From Podarcis melisellensis (taxonomy: Eukaryota): 64,000 bases of DNA. The position numbers were made by a program, and so were the translations under genes. The first letter of the stretch is position 1. Each line of letters opens with the position of its first letter. Below are positions 51,589 through 64,000 of the stretch, one piece after another. The stretch is taken from NCBI GenBank assembly GCA_964234715.1, contig OZ174276.1; one strand, given 5' to 3'. The notes beneath the pieces are model-generated. The model worked only from the letters and a program-made list of their open reading frames with translations, did not search any database and was not told where the DNA came from.

Positions 51589-51949
51589 CCGTATTTTTCG
51601 TCCTATAGGACGCACCGGCCCATAGGACGCACCTAGGTTTTTTTGGGGGGGGGGGAATAAAGAAAAAAATATATTCCCCCCCGCCAGCCGTGGGAACTCC
51701 CGCAGGGCTCCCTAGGCTGCGGATATCTGCCCGAAGCGCGGGGCGCTCTGCTTCAGCACGCCCCGCGCTCCGGCAAGCAGGCTGCTACGGATAGCTTCCT
51801 GAAGCCTGGAGAGAGAGGGGTCAGTGCGCACCGAGCCCTCTCGCTCTCCAAGCTTCAGAGAAAGCCTGCATTTGCCCCATAGGACGCAGACACATTTCCC
51901 CTTCATTTTTGGAGGGGGAAAAGTGTGTCCTATAGGGCGAAAAATACGG
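51589..51949. mobile_element. Tc1/mariner-superfamily MITE (CCGTA-type TIR)
   Basis: TA|CCGTATTTTTCGTCCTATAGGAC...GTCCTATAGGGCGAAAAATACGG|TA; CpG-rich, so probably young. Confidence 0.95.
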
Positions 51950-52997
51950 TACATGTTTGCTATGCAAAATTTTTGAAATAAACTATCATTTGCTATCTAA
52001 TCCAGATCTGATTGCAGTAGATAATCTAGGATAGTCAAAATTTGGAATGTACAAAATTGGCTACTTTCTAATAGCAGCTAGACTGACCACTAGACACCTT
52101 TGGAAATGGATAAAGTCACGGTGGAAATCTGGCATGACAAAGTCTGGATTTTAGCTATGTCAGAAGAGCTAATGCAAAGCATGTGTTTGCACAAAGGGAG
52201 ATTCTTCTTCTTCATCATCATCATTGTTATTAAATATAAAATATATTTGAGTCTATCAAATATATAAATGAGAGAACATACGCCCCAAGTACACCAACAA
52301 CATATGGAAGTTTATGGAACTCTTTAAGCACAAAAAGCCTTGATGTCAAATATCATTGACAAGTAACTTGGGGGGCTTCGTGCCTGTGGACAGACAGAAT
52401 AATCAGGCTGAACAGCAACCTTTGTTTTATATCTTATGTAGTTTGTTTACTTTTATTACTTTCTGGGGATTTCTCTCACATGTTCTCTCACATGTTGTTT
52501 ATGATTTGTAGCCTTGTCTTTTACAAGATTAAATAAAAATTAATTCAAACAAACAATTGATCATGAATCACTGGCATGTATTCCTTAACAGTGAGCAAAA
52601 CTGCTGTGCCTCTAGGTTAGCCCAGCTCAGAAAGAAATAGTCCCCCCTTGGTCTGTTGCTTTGCACACATGTGCCAGCTAGCCTAAATTGCTTAATTTGT
52701 GAAGGACCAATCTAATCAAAATTAATCACAATCTAATCAAAATTAATCAACGATCCATTGACTTCATGAGAAATCCTCAAAGCCCATTGAAATCAAATGA
52801 TAGATGCAAATATTGCTCCTCATTTCAGCAGCATTTCCTCCTCACCTTACTTCAAGGTTGGGTGAAAGGGAGTGGGTAGAAACAGCCACAGTTGTTTATC
52901 TCACAGTGAAGAAGTGCATCCAGTGAGCCACAGCTGAGTCTCAGCAGAAGGGGAGCAAAAGAAAAATATTACCGCAGACTGGCAAAGATTCTTAATA

Positions 52998-53247
52998 CAG
53001 TCATACCTCAGAAGTCGAGCGCCTTGCAACTCGAACGTTTTGGCTCCCGAACGCCACAAACCCGGAAGTTAGTGTTCCAGTTTGCAAACGTTCTTTGGAA
53101 CCTGGACGTCCAATGCGGATTCCGTGGCTTCCAATTGGCTGCAGGAGCTTCCTGCAACCAATCAGAAGCCACGCCTTCTTTTCCAATTTTTTTGGAAGTT
53201 GAACGGACTTCTGGAACGGATTATGTTCGACTTCCAAGGTACGACTG
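52998..53247. mobile_element. Tigger/pogo-like MITE
   Basis: TA|CAGTCATACCTCAGAAGTCGA...TCGACTTCCAAGGTACGACTG|TA. Confidence 0.93.
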
Positions 53248-55212
53248 TACATAGTGCTACGGAATATATTATTTTTTAAAACAACAACAGTTTTCTCAGA
53301 ATGGTGGGTTGTCGTGTGATGAGATGGTGTGCTTTAAAATGGATACATAAGCATCCCATAGCCAATAAACTGAAATAATAAGCAATGCTTTTCCAAGTTC
53401 TGTCTGACCTTTTGTGATGTGATCAGCTCAATTCTGGGGAAATGGAGATGTTGCTGATCTTCGCTTATAAACATCGACCTCCTGTATGTTCCAACAGATG
53501 GACTTATTTGAAATTAGCTTTGCTGATGGTTTTTTTCTGTCTTGAATTGCTTTCGGTTTGTCATTTAGATCTTAATAGGAAGGATAAAGGAGATCTCTTG
53601 ACTTGAGAATTTGGATGAGTTTTTGACGCTTGCTTATTTTGTTTTAAATGCAACCTTGAATACTGACTTCGTGGTAAAGGTGAGAAAGCACAGCCACTTC
53701 AGTCTGCAAGGCTGCAACACTCAGAAGTGGATAATGGGTTCTACAGCACCAGTAAATCAAATGTTTCACTGACTTTCACTGGTTCACCTGATTGTGTGTC
53801 ACTGCTAATGTGAAGCTTCGGCTCGAACGAAAGGTAAAACTATATAGAATTAATAGGGTTCATGGGCACCACCCACTGCTTTACAGCAGTTGTTTGGGTT
53901 AGTATAAAATGTGTGGTTCTAATAGTTAACATGTCTTACACTCTTTGTGATCATATTTTTGCTGGGGGTTTTTTTTGGACCACCTGTGTATGGGGTGGGC
54001 TGATCATAAATTCCATGGAAAAGAGAGAAATGTGCGTGTACACACAGCAGCCACACATAACACCTGTGTGCTCATTTCCCCTGCTCCTTGCCAGAAATTG
54101 GGTGTGGGGGAAAAGTTTAGCAAATTTAGTTGGGAGGGGCGCAGCGATACCAATGTAGAGTGCAGCCAGAAAAGTTTGCCTTCCTTCCTTCCCTACCTGC
54201 AGGCTCTAGGAAGATACCCCCCCCCCAAAAAAAAAGAACTAGAACAATTAGGCTTGAAAAAAGCCTTCTACTGGAGCTTATAAAAGGCCTCTTTAAAACC
54301 TAATTGTAGTAGAGAAGGGGCGATTTTATTGTAATAAATGGGAGGGGTAGGGAAGTTAACTCTTTTCAGTTATGACCTCCCACACCACCTCTCTGTTATT
54401 GCAATTAGGGTTTTTTCTCCCCCTTCAAAGAACACTTATTTAAAGCCAAATTGTAGGGTGGGGGTAGATCTTGTAGATTGTAGCTGGTGGGTGAAGATTA
54501 CCAGAAGCTCTTTTCTTCTCAGCACTCTCTGCAGGAAGATCTCTGCATTCCCCCCCCCCCCCAGAAAGAAAGTATTGGGAAAAAATGTGATTAGGGCCAA
54601 CTTGCATTTTTAAACAATTGTGTAGTTTCAGCCTCAGATAGCTGTTACTACAACATGAACGTAAGAAACATAGAGCATATTAAGTGAAATGAGTAATTGA
54701 GATTGAGCTAGGGAATGGTTCTACACTATATATATCAATAATTACTGTACTAGTAATGTATTTCATCCTCTATTTTTTATTAGATACAACGAGGAATAGC
54801 TAGTGAATATTATTTAGCTCTTTCATTGAGTCTAATCATCCCCCTCCAAAAAAATTACACATTTCCTGAAGTGATGACATCAATTATGTCCTGGGTGAAT
54901 GAGTTCTGGAGGTTAATTTCTTGCGTTTTTAAAACAACACGATTTGTAGTACTTCTTTAATCTGTTGTTTCCCCATTTTGCTACAGCCCTTTGGGGATTT
55001 GTTTGTTAGATTTCTTTGAACAAAACATGTGTAAAAGGATCAACCATAAAGTCAATTGCATATTGAAAAGGGGAGCAGATTGCTCACCCTTGCAGCTGGC
55101 TGTGTCCCCGAGAAAAGCATTGGCTATTCTATACATTTGGCATATACAGAAGATTTACCCTTGCTTACCCAATTCTGGCTGCTGGTGTTGGTTGGTGTGA
55201 CCTGTCTTATTA

Positions 55213-55391
55213 CTGTATTTACTCGAATCTAATGCTCACTGTTTTTCGCCAAATTACGTTGTGAAAATTAAGGTGCGCATTAGATACGATGGCACATTTA
55301 TACTCGCCAGCAAATACTTTTTTGCTTTCAAGGTTCTGAAAACTGAGGTGCACATTAGATTCAGTGGTGCATTAGATTCAAGTAAATACAG
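55213..55391. mobile_element. Tc1/mariner-superfamily MITE
   Basis: TA|CTGTATTTACTCGAATCTAATGC...GCATTAGATTCAAGTAAATACAG|TA. Confidence 0.93.
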
Positions 55392-56056
55392 TAATTATTA
55401 CATGGCTTTATTTTTCTTGTACACCACTGTGGAATCCTAAGATACAAATCACGGTGTTTTGTTTTGTTTAAAAAACAAATTAAAAACTGATGGCTTTGTG
55501 CCAGTTAGCAGAAATGGACATTATAAGTTTTGCAAAACATAGTTGAAATTCATTGTATTGAATAGCCAATCATTTTGTAATGATAAAGACATAATAGGAA
55601 CCCAGGGGCTCATCATGTGGGGTTCCGAGATCAATCCCTAAGGAATCTTGCATTTCATAACTGTGTATAATGCTTCTTTTGGACAGTGCAGTGTATCTCT
55701 TTTTTTAAGAGTGTGTGAGAATGGCCTTGCTGGATCATGCCAGAGGGGCATCTAAGTCCAGCATGCTCTTCTCATGGTTGCCAGCAAGGTGTCTATATGG
55801 GAAGTCCACAAGAAGGTCCAGAGTACAGCAGCACTCTCCTCACTTGAGATTCCCAGGAAATGGCATTTAGAGGCATAGTCAGTAGAGGTGGAGAGGTGCT
55901 GCAAAGTGTTGCTCACCTGCCTTCCAAGTGCCAGAGTGTTACTGCCAGTTCCTGGGTGGGGTTGTGGTGGTGGTACTGAGGCATAGGGAGCTTACCTCCA
56001 TGTGAGCAGCCATCATGGCTCCACGCATTTGTTTATAAATAACAGACCTTATGCAT

Positions 56057-56057
<1 letters not shown>

Positions 56058-56100
<43 letters not shown>
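56058..56100. repeat. (AG)n microsatellite
   Basis: Direct reading. Confidence 0.98.
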
Positions 56101-56103
<3 letters not shown>

Positions 56104-56340
56104 GGTTTTTTCTGTGGTATATAAAACATTTACATGGTTGTGTAAGGGACGAGCCGCATTGATTGCTTTTGGCATCAGTTCAAGTAAGAGTTGGTTGAGA
56201 TTTTTTAATGGCTATGGAAAAGTCATTGAGGCTGAAGAGAAGATGAGAAGTTTTAGGGTCAGCGCAGGGCAGACTGGGTTCCTTATGCCAGAATTGTACG
56301 TATTCTCCCTTTTAATCTTTGCCATGTTCTATAGTCTGGC

Positions 56341-57741
56341 ATGCCTGTTGCCTTTGTCCATGGAGTTTTCTTGGCAGGGATACTGGAGTGGCTTGCTGGT
56401 TCCTGCTCCAGGTGGATCACGTTTGGTCAAAACTCTCCACTATGACCTGTCCATCTTGGGTGGCTCTGCACAGCATAGCTCATAGCTTCTTTGAGTTATT
56501 CAAGCCCCTTCGCCACATCAAGGCAATGATCCATGAAGGATCCATGAAGTGATCCATGTGGACTGAGAACTCCCAGAAGTGCAAGCTGGATTTTAAAGGG
56601 GCAGAGGAACCAGAGACCAAATTGCAAACATGCACAGGATTATGGAGAAAGCTAGAGAGTTCCAGAAAAACATCTACTTCTGCTTCATTGATGCAAAAAC
56701 CTTTGACTATGTCGAACACAGCAAGCTATGGCATGTTCTTAAAGAAATGGGAGTGCCTGATCACCTCATCTGTCTCCTGAGAAATGTGTATGTGGGACAA
56801 GAAGATACAGTTAGAACTGGATATGGAATAACTGATTGGTTCAAAATTGGGAAAGGAGTATGACAAGGCTGTATATTGTCACCCTGCTTATTTAACTTAT
56901 AAGCGAAAGGCTGGACTGGATGAATCCCAAGCTGGAATTAAGATCACCGGAAGAAATATCAACAACCTCAGATATGCAGATTACACAACCTTGATGGCAG
57001 AAAGTGAGGAGGAATTAAAGAACCTTTTAATGAGGGTGAAAGAGGAGAGCGCAAAATATGGTCTGAAGTTCAACATCAAAAAAACGAAGATCATGGCCAC
57101 TGGTCCCATCAGCTCCTGGCAAATCTAAGGGGAAGAAATGGAGGTGGTGAAAGATTTTACTTTCTTGGGCTCCATGATCACTGCAGGTGGTTACAGTAGT
57201 CACAAAATTAAAAGACGCCTGCTTCTTGGGAGAAAAGTGACAACAAACCTAGAAAGCATCTTAAAAAGCAGAGACATCACCTTGCCAACAAAGGTCCGTA
57301 TAGTTAAAGCCATGGTTTTCCCAGTAGTGATGTATGGAAGTGAGAGCTGGACCATAAAGAAGGCTCGTCGCCAAAGAATTAATGCTTTTGAATTATGGTG
57401 CTGGAGGAAACTCTTGAGAGTCCCATTGACTGCAAGAAGATCAAACCTATCCATTCTGAAGGAAATCAGCCCTGAGTGCTCACTGGAAGGACAGATCCTG
57501 AAGCTAAGTCTCCAATACTTTGGCGACCTCATGAGAAGAGAAGACTCCCTGGAAAAGACCCTGATGTTGGGAAAGATTGAGGGCACAAAGAGAAGGGGAT
57601 GACAGAGGACAAGATGGTTGGACAGTGTTCTTGAAGCTACCAACATGAGTTTGACCAAACTGCAGGAGGCAGTGGAAGACGGGAGTGTCTGGCGTGCTCT
57701 GGTCCATGGGGTCACGTAGAGTCGGACACGACTAAACAAAA
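56341..57741 (+). mobile_element. Bov-B insertion with an inverted 5' segment (56341-56539, minus strand) joined to the 3' 1.2 kb (56556-57741, plus strand)
   Basis: The segments match 14294-14490 (reverse) and 16297-17495 (forward). 13-bp TSD ATAGTCTGGCATG at 56331-56343 and 57742-57754. Confidence 0.95.
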
Positions 57742-59319
57742 ATAGTCTGGCATGGCAGAGAAAGGTAGAAGCTTGAATGTCAGCAGAAAAATAAACTTCT
57801 TCAGAATATTCAGGAGTTTAATGCGTCTCTGGGCTGAAGCAACCCTTCATTGTATGAGGAGCCATTTAACACTCACAAAATTCCCAAGACCTCTGTACAG
57901 AGCTCTCCACTCTGGACAAGATTTCCGGTGAAAGCCAGAAACAATCAATGAGTAAGAAATGGAAGAAGGCAGCAATAAAGGGAATCATGGTGCTATCTTC
58001 CAGAAGGAATGACAATTTCTGCTGGATGTGAGGGAAAGATACACATTTAAAAGTTCATCATTGTATGTGCATTTAACTCTAGAAGGAAAACTGTGTCAGC
58101 ACAGCAAAATCTGTTCAATCAGTCTTTATGGTGTGCACCAAACAAAGAGAAATCTGTTGCATGACAACTCCACAGTACCATCTATTTCTTCATCTGCAGG
58201 TAAATTATTGGTGATGACTGAAAACTAATCAGCTGCCTTTTCATTTCATCAATAGGCCAAACCCTTGAATAGAGAGCAAGGTGCTGCTGACAGCCACTGT
58301 TTTTCCCACTGTGTAGCCTTGAATCACTGCAGCGCAGCCACTATGGTGATGAAAATTACAGGGGAAGAAATATCTGCTTGTGTTCCATTTCTAAAGGAAA
58401 GTGAAGGAGACGAAATGACATTTGTGAAAAGACACAAGCAGTACATGCCGTGTGCCTGGCTTGCCTGGCTTGATAGTACTATTGACATTGCCATTATAGC
58501 TAACAAGATACACACCAGAACTATAGAAATGTATGATTTGACAGAGTAGCTGTGAAGCAGCAAGCGCTGTCTTTCTGCCAGAGTCTCCTAATGGGATACT
58601 TGTTCCTAAAAATCAAGCAGTCTACCTGATTGCAGCCTGGCTGCTAGAAAAGCCCCAAGGTGCTTGTGGGTGGCCTGACTTTGAAGATAATTATTTAAGC
58701 AGAAAATGTGGATATGCAGTATTGTATTCTGAGGCTCTGCAGAAGCTTTACAACTGCAAAATGAAAAGATGCTTTGGAGAAAGGAGGGCTTTATATACAC
58801 CCAGGAACTTTTCCTAGTATGGTCTATTGATTTTATGATGAAAAAGAATTGCATCCATTTCCTTCCTGCAATAGAATTTGGAAGTAACCTGTTCATCATC
58901 TTGAAGGAATACATATTACAGATAGCACTTGCCCAGTTTGCAACTGGAAGTTTGGAATGCATCAATTTAATAGGTTTCCTAATTATGTCAGAGACCTTCA
59001 GGGCTTTAACTAGTCATATATGTATATGAAGCACAGTAGAATTATAAAAGCAGTAATTAATGATTAATAGTTGAACGCTATCTGATTTTTTTTTGTAACC
59101 ATCAATTGCACTGAATTATGAATAGATTAAATTTAGCTCTGAATTTTCTGGTCTGTCTTGGTTTCCTCCTGAAAACTCAGGTGGTGAACTTACTAGGATC
59201 TGGTAATGTTTCCAGGAAGTCACTCGACTTATTTCTGCTGCATTTACTCAGAACAGCCTGGGCCTAACATAGGCCATGTCTTGAGTTGATGTCAGTTGAT
59301 GTTGTCATCAACCTGTACC

Positions 59320-59811
59320 TTCTGGGCACCACAGTTCAAGAAGGACACTGACAAACTGGAACGTGTCCAGAGGAGGGCAACCAAAATGGTCAAAGGCCTG
59401 GAAACGATGCCTTATGAGGAACGGCTAAGGGAGCTGGGCATGTTTAACCTGGAGAAGAGGAGGTTAAGGGGTGATATGATAGCCATGTTCAAATATATAA
59501 AAGGATGTCACATAGAGGAGGGAGAAAGGTTGTTTTCTGCTGCTCCAGAGAAGCGGACACGGAGCAATGGATCCAAACTACAAGAAAGAAGATTCCACCT
59601 AAACATTAGGAAGAACTTCCTGACAGTAAGAGCTGTTTGACAGTGGAATTTGCTGCCAAGGAGTGTGGTGGAGTCTCCTTCTTTGAAGGTCTTTAAGCAG
59701 AGTCTTGACAACCATATGTCAGGAGTGCTCGGATGGTGTTTCCTGCTTGGCAGGGGGTTGGACTCGATGGCCCTTGTGGTCTCTTCCAACTCTATGATTC
59801 TATGATTCTAT
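59320..59811 (+). mobile_element. 5'-truncated CR1 LINE (young)
   Basis: [28 protein letters not shown]...[19 protein letters not shown]...RTRSNGSKL; tail of (ATTCTATG) repeats. Confidence 0.96.
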
Positions 59812-59913
59812 ATATTAGTTTATGTACATAGATGGCAAGGCAATTGCCCCATAGTGCTGTGTTTTGCCAGTTCCAGAATATAAACTGGTCAAGAATACAT
59901 TTAATAATAATAA

Positions 59914-60413
59914 TAGTGTCATACCTTGGTTCTCAAACTTAATCCGTTCTGGAAGTCCATTCCAAAACCAAAGCGTTCCAAAACCAAGGTGCGCTTTCCC
60001 ATATAAAGTAATGCAAAATGGATTAATCTGTTCCAGACTTTTAAAAACAACCCCCAAAACAGCAATTTAACATGAATTTTACTATCTATCGAGACTATTG
60101 ATCCATAAAATGAAAGTGATCAACAATGTACTACAGTCACACAATCAATCAATCAGTAGCTGAACTCGGTTCCACACAATCACAAAAACAAAACAAAAAA
60201 GCCACAAAAAGGCAAAATTAATTGCAAAAACAGACAGACCTCAGCGTAACACTCAAAACAGAACTGTGGCACTCAAATCAGAAGCATAACACTCCAAATG
60301 GAGCATGTTCGGCTTCCAAAAAAAAAAGTTCGCAAACACTTGCTTCTGGGTTTGCAGTGTTTGGGTTCCAAGTTGTTTGAGTACCAAGGCGTTTGAGAAC
60401 CAAGGTACCACTG
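59914..60413. mobile_element. Tigger/pogo-like MITE inserted in the (TAA)n tail of an L2 3' end (60414-60470, minus strand)
   Basis: TACCTTGGTTCTCAAAC / GTTTGAGAACCAAGGTACCACTG|TA; TAA repeats on both sides; the L2 tail matches 25920-25980. Confidence 0.9.
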
Positions 60414-61484
60414 TAATAATAAATTTATTATTTATATCCCACTCATCTGGCTGGGTTTCCCCAGCCGCTCTGTGGCTATGGTCAAGAAAGAATTTGCCTA
60501 GCTTAAAATGGTGTACCAGCTGTACCCATTCCTAAATAAATAAATAAGTCCACATGCTTCTCACATCCTGATTGACTTATTACGACGGGCTGCATATGAA
60601 GCTACCTTTGAAGTGTCTTTGGAAATTTGAGTTGGTCCAGAATGCAGAAGCAAGGATATTATTGAGTGTGGTTCCAGGATACCTTAGGGGCTGCATCCTC
60701 ACATAGCAGCCAGCCTGCCTGCCGCCTATGATCTGGTAGAGAGGTCCTTATGCATGTCCTGTCTGTGACACAACTGTATTTGTCACATAGAATTGGACCC
60801 TTCCATTGAGGTTTTCCATCAATTGGTGAAAAGGTCCCTGTTTTTATTTGTTGAACTGTATACAGGGCATTTTTATCTGCTAAGGCTGGAGTTTTTAAAC
60901 TTTCCCCTGAGACTGGTTTATGTTGCTTTGTTATGGATTGTGGTTTTTTCCTTGCTTTAAGGTCCTTCCAATTAATGGGACTACATTAGATGGAGGGGAT
61001 GTGCATTTTTTAAAAAATAAAATAAAATCACGAATAATTCTATCAAATTCATAAATTCCCTCACAGTACCCTCCTTTACAAATATAATGCAGCTAAGGTA
61101 TCCTCTTTTCCCTCACTCTGGGATGCCATTTGGCTCACCCCACTTTTCCCCCTCATCCCCCTTTCCCCTATCCCTTGTTGTAATCTTTAGAAGTCAAGTG
61201 CAACTCAACGCTTCTTAATTCAATAATAGCTAATGATGTTTTCCCATGGCAGCTTCTACTTAAAGGGTCAAGAGGCAGACCCATAATTTATATAATTACA
61301 CTGGCTGTTGAGACGTTGCTTCATTCCACAGTGCTGTTTGTTTGTTTGTTTGTTTGTTTAAAAAAGAGGCATTGCTACTTACAACATGATCAAAGTGCTG
61401 TGGGTGCCGGCACAAAAGGATTGAATTTGGCAATAATAAATACATAAGTTAGTAAGAGATTGTGGTACTCTGTACTAGTGAGTA

Positions 61485-61726
61485 CAGTAGTACCTTGGGT
61501 TACAGATGCTTCAGGCTACAGATGCTTCAGGTTACAGACTCCGCTAACCCAGAAATAGTACCTCGGGTTAAGAACTTTGCTTCAGCATGAGAACAGAAAT
61601 CGCGCAGCAGCGGCGCGGTGGCAGCGGGAGGCCCCATTAGCTAAAGTGGTGCTTCAGGTTAAGAACAGTTTCAGGTTAAGAACGGACCTCCAGAACGAAT
61701 TAAGTACTTAACCCGAGGTACCACTG
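61485..61726. mobile_element. Tigger/pogo-like MITE
   Basis: TA|CAGTAGTACCTTGGGTTA...TAACCCGAGGTACCACTG|TA. Confidence 0.94.
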
Positions 61727-62438
61727 TACCATCACAAAAAAGCACTGGCAGTATGCATTCTTGGACCATGATCTCCATCCTGGGCTGTGTAACTGAAAAT
61801 CTCATTTGGAGATATTATTTAATTATTTCATGAAAAATGTGTACCACTTTATTGCAAAAACGAAAACCTCCAACCAACTTCAAACTGGTTTCCGATCACA
61901 ATTAGGCAACATTGATTTCTCCCATTTAAGGTTTCCAGTTAGGAAAGTTAGGAAATTCTCCCATGATCTGATGAATACCAGGAACCTTTCAGTGTTAAGG
62001 ATTTGGAAAAGTCTGACATATGTGGTAATTCTGTGCCAACTATAGTTAAACCTGATTATTAGGTTCTATTTTCATTTGTTAAAATTTCTCAGTTCTAAAA
62101 ATAATTTCTTCAGGATGTGGGCCCTAACTAATGATAGTCTTACGTTCCGTAGTTTTAGTGAAAGCTAACGTTTCCTGGGTTTTTACATTCAGGTCAGGAG
62201 AGAGGTTCGCCAGGTAATAATCACAGGTGCATTGCTGTTATTTATTTTTGTCATGGTCACATATGTGAGAATCTGGCTTAAAGCATTTTTATCATCCTAG
62301 GGAAGTGCTGTGACACCAACAAATGAAACAATGCATTTTATTCCCTAATCCCAGCAGCCGAAAGCCTGCAGCTATTGGCACCATAGTGTCATTAATTCAG
62401 CTGTGACTCAGAGAATAGTCTCATTTGAAATATTTGAA

Positions 62439-62440
<2 letters not shown>

Positions 62441-62500
<60 letters not shown>

Positions 62501-62517
62501 TGTGTGTGTCTGTGTGT
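62441..62517. repeat. Compound (TC)n(TG)n microsatellite
   Basis: Direct reading. Confidence 0.98.
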
Positions 62518-64000
62518 CACATTCTACTTCTAAAAATAAAACTTGTGTCAACAAGGATCTGGTAGGATGAATTTGTAGCCATGTATCCATCCATCCCCTG
62601 GAAGCATAAGGGATTAATTTGTTCTACATGCCCGGCTTCCTTATTGCTTCTATTAATTATTTATATAACAGTTAAGGTGTGCACATATGCTTCACAAACT
62701 GCACAGTACCATTCCCTGGCTAGTTGGACTTGGAATTACTTTTAAGATATAGGGCACAGCTGAGTGCGAAAATTCAGGAGGGAAAAATGGAGGTAGTAGA
62801 ATAAGGAATAACTCCGCAGGCTAATAAGTGCCTAGTAAGGGGGGGAGAGACATGTGTTGCTTGAGATGTCTTCTGGAATCCCTGACAAATGTCTTAGCTA
62901 GGTAAGAAAAATAGTAGCAATATTGTTTAATAGGTAGGTGGAAATTCTCCGGTCTCTACAGCACAGCTGTGCCACTAAACTCCACCAATTTTTTGTCATT
63001 ATGGCTCTCTTTCAGCATTAAGTGTCCAGTAGCTAGCCAGTTCTGCATACACTTAACCAGAGCTGTAACTGGCGAGGGTATCATATAGATGGGTAAGCTA
63101 TAGGGACGCTAATCCAACCTTCTTTGGGTAATAACTCAAGTATCTTATGATTGGAGTTGTTTAGAGGACACTGAGATATATAGCCAATTTCCCCCTCATG
63201 GTCATATTAAGCACACGTGTTTCGTTATGAGTAGATCAGCTGAGACACTGAACTTGCAGTTGCTTCCTGTGGTCCATGCCCAGCTATAAATACCAGCACA
63301 GGCTGTGGGCTGCAGCAACACATTGGCATTGTCCACTTCCTCTGGTTGGGCTGTCTTTGGGCACATATTGTGGTGAGACCTGGACAACCAACCACCCCTG
63401 TGTTGTGGGTGGGTACAATTGGTAAGCCACAACACCCAATTGGTAGGTCCCTCGAAGCTGGGTACGATCTGGCCAATGGGACGTAGTTCAAACAGTTCAA
63501 GGGACCTATTTATGCCCATGCACGTGACCCAGAGCTTCCTCTTTCAGTGTGTGCATTCAGAATTAAAAAAAAACCTCAGGTCCGCTACATGAGTACGTTC
63601 TTTAATAAGCATATCTACATGGTACAGTATTTTCAGTGCAACACTAATAAAATCAATATAAACTTTAAAATTAATGTTATTATTTCCTGAAAATAAAACA
63701 CAAATAATCAGTAATGACAAGTTACATAACATCAAGCACCTTGTATCATTGAATGGCATTGCAAAAACCAGTTACTGGCACTAAATAAAAATACAGAAAT
63801 GTCAGTTGTTTAAATCAAGGCCACCTCACATGCTGTTATACCTCACATAATTGTATCGGCCTAGGTACTTTAAATGTATAAAGCATTAAAACTACTTTCT
63901 GTATAAAAAAAATCACACTGTATGGCCAAGGGTATAGAATTGCTAAGAATAAGGTCACACCAAAATAGAAAAAAGGCTATTACATATAGTTGAAATACAT

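Noticed and set aside
63280-63560. LTR/promoter-like segment with CCAAT, TATA-like and CACGTG motifs
   Set aside because: No definable termini or TSD, so it could not be supported as a feature.
1-64000. CRISPR arrays, operons or other prokaryotic systems
   Set aside because: The sequence is vertebrate; there are no regularly spaced repeat-spacer arrays or gene-dense regions.

Overview
Vertebrate nuclear DNA. The repeat content (Bov-B LINEs, a Sauria SINE, a Squam3-like CORE-SINE, CR1, L2, L1, Penelope-like remnants, and many Tc1/mariner and hAT MITEs) indicates a squamate reptile, probably a lacertid lizard. A CpG island at about 2.8-4.3 kb looks like a promoter and first exon(s). The rest looks like a long intron with no recognisable host coding exon, and I cannot name the gene. 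All long ORFs belong to retrotransposons. Four observations stand out. (1) A full-length Bov-B sits inside a CR1, is flanked by a perfect 94-bp target-site duplication, and its first 127 nt can fold into an HDV-ribozyme-like nested pseudoknot. (2) A second Bov-B has a twin-priming-type 5' inversion, a 13-bp TSD and templated filler. (3) A Penelope-like insertion forms a perfect 82-bp palindrome carrying a minimal hammerhead ribozyme on each strand. (4) Two retroposons share one CR1 tail but have different tRNA heads (Lys and Asn). Several local templated duplications are also present. Family assignments rest on motif recognition only; no database searches were run.
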